Source of the DNA: Nitrospirota bacterium
Lineage (GTDB): Bacteria; Nitrospirota; UBA9217
Assembly: GCA_963818475.1 (NCBI GenBank)
Contig: CAWFSF010000006.1
Location: 2,176,001 to 2,240,000, forward strand
Reading direction: 5' to 3'
Length of the DNA stretch: 64,000 nt
Shown here: positions 42,887 through 53,543 of the stretch, one piece after another
Layout of the letters: each line of letters starts with the position of its first letter
How positions within the stretch are numbered: position 1 is the stretch's first letter
Made by a program: the position numbers and the translations under genes
Notes under the pieces: generated by a model
The model's database searches: none
What the model was told of the DNA's origin: nothing
What the model saw: only the letters and a program-made list of their open reading frames with translations

Positions 42887-42961
42887 GAAGCATTTCAACA
42901 ATTTATTGCAGGATTGTAATCGTTTTTTCGCACGCTGTCACCTGTCAAAAGTGACAGGTGC
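42887..42961 (+). repeat. ~75-bp imperfect direct repeat, copy 1
   Basis: Ends in palindrome TGTCACCTGTCAAAAGTGACAGGTGC; copy 2 at 45324..45399. Confidence 0.75.
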
Positions 42962-43072
42962 GATGCAGTGCGGATTTCCCGATAAATCGGGACAGGTCTC
43001 CTTGTGGAATGGGGAATGGCAACCCGGAATCCCAATAGTGGCAAGATCCCGGGTCTTCTGTTCTGCTGAGAT

Positions 43073-43106
43073 AAAAAAGGGGTTACAGATTGCACTGTAA
43101 CCCCTT
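43073..43106 (-). terminator. Intrinsic terminator
   Basis: AAGGGGTTACAG-ATTGCA-CTGTAACCCCTT, T-tract on the minus strand. Confidence 0.8.
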
Positions 43107-43268
43107 GAGGCGGTTTATTAAATTCTCCAGTCAACTGATATGATTTATCGACACCTTGAACTCAAAACTTATGGATTTGATGTGAAGCGCATCGCATTTA
43201 TGTTTAAGGCTGTTGGGCAAGGCGGATCATTTGTCCAACCTACGAACCTTAATATCTCTTTGCGATAA

Positions 43269-44345
43269 TTATTCAAAAAGCCCGAATGCCGTACCAACGA
43301 AAACACTTGCGGTAACATCATGCGTGTCATCACGCCAGCCTAACTTGATTCCAGCATTGAATTTCCCCTCCTTGTCTTTCACGAAATACACGGGTAGCTC
43401 GACACCCCAAACCCGTCCCTCAAGATCATAAGTAGCCGTTAGTCCTACGCCGGCAAAACCCAGGTCTCGACGCGTCTCGAGTGAAACCAGGTTTTTCTTC
43501 GTCGCCTTCGCCTTTCCGATCGGCCCAGTAAGGCAACTGAGCGGCGAGCCGGATCCGTCACGCGCCGGGCAGACAGTTCCGCTTGTGGATTCCTTGAACG
43601 TATCCTGATACTGCACATTGAGAATGAATATTGTTCGCAAAGCATCAGGGTTGTAGGCAAGGAAGGTTCCGACCGTCCAAGGTGTTTCATCCTGTTTTTG
43701 CTTTTTTACGGAAGAGACGTCAATGAATTCGTAATTCTGGTAGCCAAGCTTGGCGTTCGCACCATAGATCCAACGATTCGATTCTTTTTCGAGATCCCAG
43801 AATTCACTCGCGTAATCGTACTTATCTTGTTCTGTACCATATTCGTCAACCAGGTTGGAATCGCACCCTGTCTCATCACCGTCCTTTTTATCTGTCTGCT
43901 TCTCTTTTTCTTCATACATGCGTTTGCAGATCGCGTCGAGTTTTGTGATTGATCTACGTGCTGCCAATTTATTACGCTTGCCGGGGACCAGAAACTGACT
44001 GTACTTCAGTTCCAGGCTTGCCGCATTCACCATGCCGTCGAGGCTGGCAACATCGGAATCACCGTTTTTATTGAGTGGGGCACTCGCAGTCAGACTCCAT
44101 ACGGAAAAGGAGGCCGTACCGGTTCCATCGCTCTCCACCGACTCAGTGAAGGATGATACGAGCGAAGCCTTTACAGACACATTGCTTGAGCCCTTAGCTG
44201 CAACCACCTGAGCACCAGTGAGAGCTGACACCGCGCTGTCCAATTGAGCACCGCCATTGGCACTACTAACTCGATCGGCGATACCACCGGCAATACCAAC
44301 GGATGGTATCAAAACTGCCATGATCACTAATAGAAAATTTCGCAT
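43269..44345 (-). CDS. Exported protein, possible outer-membrane beta-barrel
   Basis: Signal peptide, alternating beta-strands, two Cys pairs, C-terminal FGLFE. Confidence 0.7.
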   Translation of the reverse strand: MRNFLLVIMAVLIPSVGIAGGIADRVSSANGGAQLDSAVSALTGAQVVAAKGSSNVSVKASLVSSFTESVESDGTGTASFSVWSLTASAPLNKNGDSDVASLDGMVNAASLELKYSQFLVPGKRNKLAARRSITKLDAICKRMYEEKEKQTDKKDGDETGCDSNLVDEYGTEQDKYDYASEFWDLEKESNRWIYGANAKLGYQNYEFIDVSSVKKQKQDETPWTVGTFLAYNPDALRTIFILNVQYQDTFKESTSGTVCPARDGSGSPLSCLTGPIGKAKATKKNLVSLETRRDLGFAGVGLTATYDLEGRVWGVELPVYFVKDKEGKFNAGIKLGWRDDTHDVTASVFVGTAFGLFE

Positions 44346-44350
44346 GTCGG

Positions 44351-44629
44351 TTATACCTCGAATTTCCGATAACCGCTCCCCTTGCTGGAGCCGACCGGAA
44401 TCTTGCTTTCTTTCACCTTCACTACTTCACGTTTTCCCGTTGTTCCCACAATACTGAGCGAACCTCCAGAGTTGCCGATCATCCACCAGATCAGCACGTG
44501 TTCTTCCGATTCCTCTAGGTTAAGTCCGCCTACCCCATTCAGTAGATTCACGTCACGGTCATCCACAGCCAGCCAATAACGCAAATCATCAGATGCTGTC
44601 GTCTCGAACTTTACATATTGCATTGCCAT
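44351..44629 (-). CDS. Small hypothetical protein
   Basis: 92-aa ORF, AAGGGGG RBS, 5 bp upstream of the next gene. Confidence 0.7.
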   Translation of the reverse strand: MAMQYVKFETTASDDLRYWLAVDDRDVNLLNGVGGLNLEESEEHVLIWWMIGNSGGSLSIVGTTGKREVVKVKESKIPVGSSKGSGYRKFEV

Positions 44630-44727
44630 GTTGCCCCCTTAAATAGATATAAATACCCTTAATGTCGCAAACAACACTCCGAGATATTGCATATAATCAA
44701 TAGCACCAATCTATCATTCCGACATTC

Positions 44728-45064
44728 TTACGGCGCGTCACAGACCGCCTTCACATCCAGCAAATACGCGCACGGAAACCCACTCGGCCGCAAGGTATCG
44801 GGTCTCGTGGTGCACGATACATCTTCGATGATGCCCTCCTTTCCGTCCTTCGAGCACACCAGGATAACACCCACTTCTTCCTGAATCCGCGCCTTAAGAA
44901 GATAGTTGCTGAACGGTTCCAATAATTTTGGATTCCCGCTTCGTTCACTTGCTGCTTTGAACAGCTCCTCGTCCCTGGCGTCTGGCGGCAAGCTGTCGGC
45001 AATGACATCGACGGCTTTTGACAGCGGGATCAGATAGTCGTCGTTGTGCCCCTCCCAGTGCCAG
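44728..45064 (-). pseudogene. 5'-truncated hypothetical gene
   Basis: Open frame ...DDYLIPLSKAVDVIADSLPPDARDEEL... begins at the 18-bp repeat with no start codon. Confidence 0.5.
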
Positions 45065-45082
45065 GTCTTTTATTTTGGTGTT
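45065..45082 (-). repeat. Right 18-bp inverted repeat of island 2
   Basis: GTCTTTTATTTTGGTGTT. Confidence 0.85.
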
Positions 45083-45107
45083 GCATTCTTTTTTTTACAA
45101 GACACAC

Positions 45108-45188
45108 CTACATCCCGGTAGCCTGCGCGGCATCGTTGATGACGACATACATTGCATCGAAATCGCTCTGTGTGCACTGCCGGATCAC
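45108..45188 (-). pseudogene. GNAT acetyltransferase N-terminal fragment
   Basis: AGGAGG RBS; MIRQCTQSDFDAMYVVINDAAQA, then broken. Confidence 0.6.
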
Positions 45189-45323
45189 GGATGCACGCCT
45201 CCTGCTGCGAATTGCCGCATTGTTCGGGGGTAACCGATGGGATTAGAACTTAAAACTTGAATTTTTCGCCCAAACGCCTAATCCCATTGATCAGGTTTAC
45301 TTTCTCGCCACGCCCGCCAGATC

Positions 45324-45399
45324 GAAGCACCCTCGACAATTTTATTAGGGAGTGTATATGATTTTTTGTGCCCTGTCACCTGTCAGAACTGACAGGTGC
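45324..45399 (+). repeat. ~75-bp imperfect direct repeat, copy 2
   Basis: Ends in TGTCACCTGTCAGAACTGACAGGTGC. Confidence 0.75.
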
Positions 45400-45653
45400 T
45401 TTCGGCTATCCAATTTGGTTAAATAAACCTGTTCCAGGGTCGTAGTGAGGTAAATTCAAACGAATGCGGCTTTGGCCATTCGAAATTCACGATCATCGGC
45501 AATTACAGCCCTTCATTCCGCAATCCGCGATCCGAAATCAACAATCAGACCGTGTTTTTTCTTGACTTTTCGGGCTAATAACGCTAATTTCTCTGTATCA
45601 ATTTTCCATGGCCCGGACCCATCGGTACCATGCACAGAGGGGCACAGCCACCC

Positions 45654-46421
45654 ATGTCGTATCAGATCAAGCTCGAGATCTTCGAAGGTCCCATGGACCT
45701 TCTGCTGCACCTCACCAAGAAGCACGAACTCGATATCTACTCCATTCCCATCGCGGTCATCACCCAGCAGTACCTCGAATACATCGAGCTCATGAAGAGC
45801 CTCGATATGGAGATCGCCGGTGAGTTTCTCGTGATGGCGTCGACGCTCACGCTTATCAAGTCCCGGGAAATGCTGCCGCCTCCCGAGAGCCCTGAAGCCG
45901 ACGACGACGGCGTCGACCCGCGGGCCGAGCTTATCCGCCGGCTGCTCGAGTACAAGAGCTTCAAGGAAGCCGCCTCCTCCCTGGAGGGCAAGGAAGAGAC
46001 GTGGTCACAGATCTACACCCGGTCGGCCGAGGCCGCTCCCGACATCCCCGAGGAAGATCAGCCCCTGCTGTTCGATTTTCATCTCTTCGATCTCCTTGCG
46101 GCGCTGAAGGACGTCATGGCGCGCGTGCCCGATGCGAGCTTCGAGGTCACGCCCGAGGCCGTCTCGATCACCGAAAAGATCTCGCAGATCCTGGCGCGCT
46201 TCGAGACCACCGACAGTCTGCTCTTTACCGATCTCTTTGACAATACCACCAGTAGGGCCCAGGTCATCGGCACCTTCATGGCCCTGCTTGAGCTGCTCAA
46301 AACTCGGGTCATCAAGGTCTTTCAGATGGAGCAGTTCGGCGTCATCCGGATCATGAAGGCCGTGATCGATGCGCAGGACAAGGACACGGCAACCGGGAAC
46401 CTCTTTGACAAGCTTCAGTGA
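45654..46421 (+). CDS. scpA: Segregation and condensation protein A
   Basis: FEGPMDLLLHL, GEFLVMA, DPRAELIRRLLEY, FMALLEL. Confidence 0.95.
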   Translation: MSYQIKLEIFEGPMDLLLHLTKKHELDIYSIPIAVITQQYLEYIELMKSLDMEIAGEFLVMASTLTLIKSREMLPPPESPEADDDGVDPRAELIRRLLEYKSFKEAASSLEGKEETWSQIYTRSAEAAPDIPEEDQPLLFDFHLFDLLAALKDVMARVPDASFEVTPEAVSITEKISQILARFETTDSLLFTDLFDNTTSRAQVIGTFMALLELLKTRVIKVFQMEQFGVIRIMKAVIDAQDKDTATGNLFDKLQ

Positions 46422-46431
46422 TCTGAGAAAC

Positions 46432-46608
46432 TTAGTTAGTTACGAATCAAATTCTACTCAAAACGGCAAGAATATTTTGCCACGAAGGCACGAAGACACA
46501 AAGTACGGCCTTAATCCAATTATTAAAACAGTATCTTAGACAATTTTCGTTTTTCTTCGTGACTTCGAGTCTTCGTGGCAAATTTTGGTTCCGGCTTGCC
46601 CGGGTTAG
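46432..46608 (-). mobile_element. MITE-like element, copy 2 (TTAG-bounded)
   Basis: Inverted homolog of 7079..7249. Confidence 0.75.
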
Positions 46609-46620
46609 GGAACTGCTCCT

Positions 46621-47469
46621 ATGAAACCTGACATCAAAGCACTGGCATTTGAAAAAAAGTTCGGCGAGATCGAGACGGCGGTCTACGCGGACCGCTCGCT
46701 CATCGGCGACCTGGTCGCCCTGCTCGGCGAGAAGAACGGCGATGTGCGCTCCGGCGTATTGAACCTGCTGTCGCGCGTGGGTTTCGACTACCCCAACGAT
46801 ACGCGGCGCCATCTACCGACCCTGATCGGGCTTTTGGACGACCCGGACATGTTCATCAAGATCGATGCTGCCAATGCGGTCGGGAACCTGGGTTTTAATT
46901 TCAAGGAAGCGGCAACAGCGGCAGCGCCCAAGCTCAAGGCGCTCCTCGAACATGAGCAGAGCCTCGTGCGCCAGGAAGGGGCCTACGCCCTCGGCAACAT
47001 CGGCTTTGCGCACACGGACCTGGTCCGGGACGCGGTCCCGCGGCTGATCCGGATGCTCGAGACCGGCGACGACGACGAGCGCGAAGCGGCATCCCATGCC
47101 CTGGGCAAGGTCGGCATCAACGCGCCGGAGCTGATCCGCGGCATCCTGCCGAAGCTCGTGGAAGTGCTCGAGTTCTCCAAAGAGGCCACCTGCGGCGGCG
47201 TGCTCTTCGCCCTGGGCGCCATCGGCCTCCACTATCCCAACGAGGTGGCCAGCCTGGTGCCGAAGCTCATGGCCTATCTGGACAGCGGACATCCCAACGC
47301 GGTCAAGAACGCGGTCGCCGCCATCGGGAACATCGGCAGTTCCAATCCGGAGTTCGTGAAGGATGCGATCCCGAAGATACGAAAGATCATGGAAACCGCA
47401 ACGGACATCGATGTGAAGATGAACGCCAAGGTTGCGCTCGGCAGGCTGGGCGATCCGATGGCGATGTAG
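46621..47469 (+). CDS. HEAT-repeat protein
   Basis: About six repeats of A..ALG.IG......PKL...L. Confidence 0.9.
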   Translation: MKPDIKALAFEKKFGEIETAVYADRSLIGDLVALLGEKNGDVRSGVLNLLSRVGFDYPNDTRRHLPTLIGLLDDPDMFIKIDAANAVGNLGFNFKEAATAAAPKLKALLEHEQSLVRQEGAYALGNIGFAHTDLVRDAVPRLIRMLETGDDDEREAASHALGKVGINAPELIRGILPKLVEVLEFSKEATCGGVLFALGAIGLHYPNEVASLVPKLMAYLDSGHPNAVKNAVAAIGNIGSSNPEFVKDAIPKIRKIMETATDIDVKMNAKVALGRLGDPMAM

Positions 47470-47660
47470 CTCTTGCCCCGGACAGACAGAGTCTTTTGCC
47501 ACGAAGACGCGAAGGCTCGAAGAAAAACCGTAGAACTTTACGATCTCATTGACCAGGTCTTAAGCTGTCTTCGTGCCTTAGTGCCTTCGTGGCAGGGCTC
47601 ATGTTCTTTTTTTGCATTTCAAGGACTCAACACTTATAATTTTTATTAGAGGTTCTGAAA

Positions 47661-48355
47661 TTGGAAGATCAACAATTGAAATCAGCGCTTGAGGCGCTGC
47701 TCTTCGTCTCGGGCAACCCCCTGTCCATGGACAAACTGAAGGGCATCTTCGATGAGGCCACGGTCGAACAGATCGACATGCAGCTCGCCGTGCTCAGACA
47801 GGAATACGACGACCGCAACGCCGGCATCATGCTGGCCGAGGTGGCGGGCGGATACCAGCTCGCGACGCGGCCGGAGCACTTCGGCTGGATCAGGAAGTTC
47901 AAGGCCGTCAAGGTCTCGACCAGGCTGTCGAAGCCGGCGCTGGAGACGCTGGCCATCGTCGCATACAAGCAGCCCATCACCCGCACCGAGGTGGAAGCGG
48001 TCCGCGGCGTCAACATCGGCGGCATCATGCGGAACCTGATGGAGCGCAGGCTCGTCAAGATCGTGGGCAAGAAGGATGTGCCGGGCAAACCCATGATGTA
48101 CGGCACCACCCAGGATTTCCTGCAGTATTTCGGATTAAAGGACCTCTCGTCCCTGCCGACGCTCAAGGAGTTCCAGGAGCTTGAAGCGGGCGAGGATGTC
48201 ATGGAAGAAGTTCCCGCAGGCGAAGCCGGGCAGCACCGGCCAGTGAGGCGGAGATCCTCGAGGAAGAGGCCGCGTATGCGGACCTGGCCCCGGAGGAGGA
48301 GTCCCCTTCAGCAGAGACAACGGAAACCGCGGCCACGCGGGGAGAGCCAGGCTGA
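47661..48355 (+). CDS. scpB: Segregation and condensation protein B (C-terminal frameshift)
   Basis: EALLF, VAGGYQ, LETLAIVAYKQPITR, YGTT..FL.YFGL. Confidence 0.95.
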
Positions 48356-49302
48356 ATGATAGAGTTCCAGGACGCCCTGCGCAAAAAAGAGATCTGGGCC
48401 GTCGGCGGCGGCAAGGGCGGCATCGGCAAAAGCCTGATCACCGGCAATATCGGCATCACCCTCGCCCGCCTGAAGAAGCGGGTCCTGCTCGTGGACGCCG
48501 ATCTCGGCGGAGCGAACCTGCACACGACGCTCGGCATCGGCGTGCCGGAGATGACGCTCTCCGATTTTCTGAACCGCCGCGTCGAGACCATCCAGGACGT
48601 GATCATCAAGACCAGCATCCCGAACCTGAGCCTGGTGAGCGGCGCCCAGGACTTCCTCGATGCGGCCAACCCCAACTTCGCACAAAAAGCACGCCTGTTG
48701 CGGCACCTCGAAACCCTTGATGCCGACTACATTCTCCTGGACCTCGGCGCCGGAACGTCCTTTAACATCCTCGATTTTTTCCTGTTCGCCGACCACGGCA
48801 TTCTCGTGGTGCTGCCGGAGCCCACGGCCATCGAGAACGCCTACCGGTTCATCAAGAGCGCCTTTTACCGCCGGTTCAAGAAGGATCGTGACCGGCCAGA
48901 ACATCAAGGACCTGATCGATGCGGCCATGGACCAGAAGAACAGCATGGGGATCCGCACCCCCTACGACCTGATCGAACGCATCAAGCAGCTGGAGCCGGA
49001 AAGCGGCGAGACCCTGGAGCTCGAAGATGATGAAGTTCAGGCCCAAGCTCATCGTGAACCAGGTGCGGACCAAGAACGACATCCAGATCGGTTTTTCAAT
49101 GAAGAGCGCCTGCCAGAAGTACTTCGGCATCAACCTGGAATATCTGGGCTATGTCGAGTACGATGACTGCGTCTGGCAGTCCATCCGGAGCAAACGGCCG
49201 CTGTCGATCGAATATCCCTATTCGCGGCCGGCGCGCTGCATCGAGCGGATCGTCCATAACGTGCTCAGGAAAGAACAGCTTACCGCCAGCATGCTCTATT
49301 GA
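48356..49302 (+). CDS. FlhG/MinD-like ATPase (frameshifted)
   Basis: GGKGGIGKS, DADLGGANL, DLGAGT, PEPTAIENAY. Confidence 0.85.
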
Positions 49303-49304
49303 AA

Positions 49305-49442
49305 GGGTAAATTTCCAAACAACGAGCACCAAATCGCAAATAATTCTCAAATGGTAAATTTCAATTTCCGAAACGTTTGAAGTTTTATCCTTACTTGGTG
49401 TTTGAAATTTATTTGATATTTGGTGTTTGTGATTTGGTATTT
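49305..49442. repeat. AT-rich heptamer-like palindromic intergenic element
   Basis: CCAAA/CAAAT units mirrored by TTTGG/ATTTG units. Confidence 0.55.
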
Positions 49443-49453
49443 GGGGGAATTTC

Positions 49454-50149
49454 ATGATCAAAAAAATAGAGGACCTGAACTACTACGAACTCCTCGAGAT
49501 CAGCACTGACGCCTCGTCGCAGGAGATCCACCGGGCCTACGACCGGTTGCGCAAGATCTATGAACCGAACTCCATCGCGCTCTATTCCCTCTTCTCGGCA
49601 GACGAAGACCGCATCGATCAACCAGCGCATCGAAGATGCCTACCGTACGCTGGTCTACGAGGAGACCCGGAAGCGCTACGACGCACTCCTCCGCCAGAGC
49701 AGCGAACCGCCAGCGCCGGTTGCGATGCAACCTGCCGAAAAACGCTATCAGGCGCAGCCCCAGCAGCCGTCGCTGTCCCTTGCAGCGAACAATCACTATC
49801 TCAAAAGTGCCGAACCGATGCGGAGCCGCCTGCGCCGCCGATGCCGACCGCAGTGATGCCGACGCCCCAGCCGCTTCCTTCAACGATCACTGAATTTACC
49901 GGCTCGGTGCTCAAGGTCCTGCGGGAACAGCACAACATTACCGTGCGCAATATCGCCGACATGACGAAGCTCAGCTCGCGTTATATCGAGTTCATTGAAG
50001 CGGAGCACTTCAGCAAGCTTCCCGCCCGGCCCTACCTCCGCGGCTTCCTGGTCCTCTACGCAAAAGCGCTCGGGTATGAACCCGAGCGCCTGGTCAGCGA
50101 CTACCTGAAACGCTATGATGCCGCTATGAACCCGCCGAAGCAGAAGTAA
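49454..50149 (+). CDS. DnaJ-like + RodZ-type HTH protein (frameshifted)
   Basis: NYYELLEI...EIHRAY; C-terminal LREQ...IEAEHFSKLP...YLRGFL..YAKALG. Confidence 0.8.
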   Translation: MIKKIEDLNYYELLEISTDASSQEIHRAYDRLRKIYEPNSIALYSLFSADEDRIDQPAHRRCLPYAGLRGDPEALRRTPPPEQRTASAGCDATCRKTLSGAAPAAVAVPCSEQSLSQKCRTDAEPPAPPMPTAVMPTPQPLPSTITEFTGSVLKVLREQHNITVRNIADMTKLSSRYIEFIEAEHFSKLPARPYLRGFLVLYAKALGYEPERLVSDYLKRYDAAMNPPKQK

Positions 50150-50203
50150 GTAAAGAGTTCGGAGTTCGGAGTGTTCATCGGAGCTTCTGACTCTCCTACT
50201 TCG

Positions 50204-53200
50204 TCATTCCGAACTCCTACTCCGCACTTTCCTCAGTTCCCGTTCCTTCCAGATCACGTAGATCGCCGGATATATGATGAGCTCCAGGATGGTCGAGGTG
50301 ATGACGCCGCCGACCATGGGCGCGGCAATGCGCTTCATCACGTCGGCGCCGGTGCCGGTCGACAGCATGATCGGCACCAATCCGGCCAGTATCACCGACA
50401 CGGTCATGATCTTGGGCCGGATGCGTTTCACCGCCCCTTCCATGACGGAATCCTCGATATCGCGCAGCGTTTTGATCCTCCCGTCCTTGTGCCATTGGTT
50501 GTACGACAGATCGAGATAGAGCAGCATCACGATGCCGGTCTCCGCATCGAGCCCGGCCAGGGCGATCACACCGACCCAGACGGCAGTGCTCATGTGATAA
50601 CCCAGCAGGTACAGGAACCAGACCGTGCCGACCAGCGAGAACGGCACCGCCAGCAGCACAATAGCGGTCTTGGTCCACGATGCGGTGTTGAGATAGATCA
50701 GCACGATGATGAGGAGGAGCGTGAGCGGTATCACGTAAAAGAGCTTAGCCTTCACGCTCTCCATGTACTCGTACTGGCCTGACCAGAGGAGCGAATACCC
50801 TGCTGGTATTTTTATTTTTTCCGCGATCGCCTTCCGCGCCTTTTCCACGTAGCCGCCGAAATCGCTTCCCTCGATATTCAGCGTCACCGCCGCCGTAAGC
50901 CTGCCGCCCTCGCTCTGCACCATGCCCGGCCCGCGCGTTACCCGAATATCGGTCAGCTGGCCAAGCGGCACCTGGGCTCCCTCCATCACCGGGACCAGCA
51001 CCCGTTTGAGCTTCTCCACGTCGTCGCGCAGTTCGCGTCCGTATCGGACGTTGACGGGATAGCGTTCCCGGCCTTCCACCGTGGTCGTTAAATTCATGCC
51101 TCCGATGGCTGACTGGATCACTTCCTGCACATCCTCGATCCTGAGATCGTAGCGGGAGATCTCGTCGCGGTTGATCGTGAAATCGAGGAAATATCCCGTA
51201 TTCGCCCGTTCGGCATAGACCGCTCGCGTACCGGGCACCTCGCGCAGGACCTTCTCCACATCCAGCCCGATGCGTTCTATTTCATCCAGTTTCGGACCGA
51301 AGATCTTGAGGCCCAGCGGGGTCCTGATGCCTGTGGAAAGCATATCGATCCTGCCGATGATCGGCATGGTCCAGTTGTTGCCCACTCCGGGGATCGCGAT
51401 CGCAGCATCAAGCTCGTCGCGCAAATCCTCCCACTTCTTGAACTGGGGACGCCACTCGCTCAGGGGCCTGAGCGTTACATTGGTCTCGATCATCTCGAGC
51501 GGCGCCGGGTCTGTCGGTGTTTCCGCTCGGCCGGCCTTGCCGAAGACCTGCTTCACCTCGGGAAACTGCTTCATGATCCGGTTCTGGGCCTGGAGGATGC
51601 CGGACATGGTCGTTATTGATGCGCCGGGGACCGCTGTGGGCATGAACAAAAGGGTGCCTTCGTAGAGGGGCGGCATGAACTCCGATCCGAGCTGCAGGAA
51701 CGGAAGGATCGTGATCAGCACGATTACGATGGCAACGATGATCACGGTCTTTCTGAACCGGAGCGAGAACTCCGCCACCGGATGATAGATCCTGGCCAGG
51801 AAATGGCTGATCGGATTATCGTCCTCATGCCTGATCTTCCCCTTGATGAACAGGGTCATCAAAACCGGCGTGAGCGTGATCGCCAGAAAGCTCGCGAACA
51901 GCATGGAGAACGTCTTGGTATAGGCAAGGGGTTTGAACAGCCGTCCGGCCTGGTCCTCGAGCGTAAAGACCGGCAGGAACCCGACGGTGATCACCAGAAG
52001 CGAGAAAAAGAGCGACGGCCCCACTTCCTGCGCCGCCTGGATGATCACGTCAACACGGGAACCGTGGACACGGCCCGTCCGTTCCCACTCCTCCAGTTTC
52101 TTATGCGCGTTTTCGACCATGATGATCGAGGCGTCGACCATGGCGCCGATGGCGATGGCAATGCCGGAGAGGCTCATGATGTTCGAGCTGATCCCCAGAT
52201 AGTACATGCAGATAAAGGAGATGAGGATGGCGATCGGCAGCGTCAGGATAACCACGAAGGCGCTGGGCAGATGGAACAGAAAGACGAAGCAGACCACGCT
52301 CACTGCCAGACCGAGCTTGACGATTTCTTCCTTGAGCGTATCGACCGACCGGTGGATCAGCTCCGACCGGTCATAGGTGGTGACGATCTTCACGCCTTCG
52401 GGCAGCGAAGGTTCGATCTCCTTGATCCGGGCCTTGACGCGGTCGATGACGGACAGCACGTTCTCGCCGAACCGGACGACCACGATGCCGCCCACGGCCT
52501 CTCCCCTGCCGTCAAGGTCGGCGGCGCCGCGCCTGATCTCGGGGCCGAGCTGTACCGCCGCGATATCGCGCAGCAGGATCGGGCGTGCCCTTGCCGTCGG
52601 TGCCGACAGCGATCTTTTCAATGTCTGCCTTGTCTTTGATATAGCCGCGGCCGCGCACCATATACTCCCGGCCGGACCACTCCACCACCCTGCCCTCGAC
52701 GTCCCGGTTGCTCCTCCGGACCGCTTCCATCACCTTCATCAGCGAGAGTTTGTAGGCAAAGAGCCGGTTCGGGTCAACGGTGATCTGGTACTGTTTCACG
52801 AAACCGCCCACGCTCGCGACCTGGGACACGCCCGGCACGGATTCGACAGCGTACTTGAGGGTCCAGTCCTGGAGCGAACGGAGCTGGGCAAGGTCGTGTT
52901 TGCCGGTCTCGTCCGTGACGGCGTACTGGAAGCCCCAGCCTACCCCGGTGGCATCAGGGCCGAGCACGGGCGTCACTCCCTGGGGAAGCCTGCCGGCCAC
53001 GCCCTGGAGATATTCAAGCACCCGGCTCCGCGCCCAGTAGATGTCGGTGCCGTCTTCGAAGATCACATACACGAAGGACAGGCCAAGGAAGGACTTGCCG
53101 CGCACCACGCGTACCTTGGGCGCCGAAAGCATGGACGACACGATGGGGTAGGTGATCTGGTCCTCGACCAGGTCCGGGCTCCTGCCTGCCCATTCGGTGA

Positions 53201-53348
53201 AGACGATCACCTGCGCGTCGGAGAGATCGGGTATCGCATCGAGGGGCGTATGGTAAACGGCCCAGACGCCCCACGCGGTCAGGAAACCCACGACGAGGAA
53301 GACGAGGAATTTATTCCGGGCGGAGAGTTCTATTATTTTCGCAAGCAT
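50204..53348 (-). CDS. cusA: CusA/SilA heavy-metal RND permease (frameshift near 52585)
   Basis: DAIPDLSD, LGPDATGVG, GAMVDA, LGSEFMP, DPAPLEM, RIRPKIMT. Confidence 0.95.
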
Positions 53349-53543
53349 CTAGCGCTCCATCCATAACAAGAGAAAATGACAAACCCTTTCACCGCGAAGG
53401 CGCGAAGGTCGCGGGGAAAGCTTATGAAGCTTGAATTAAGGCAATATCCTTTGTTTTTGAAGTCCTCGCGCTCTTCGCGCCTTCGCGGTAAATGCTTTCG
53501 CTTTTCATTCCGCAATCCGCAATCCGAAATCCGCAATAGAAGC

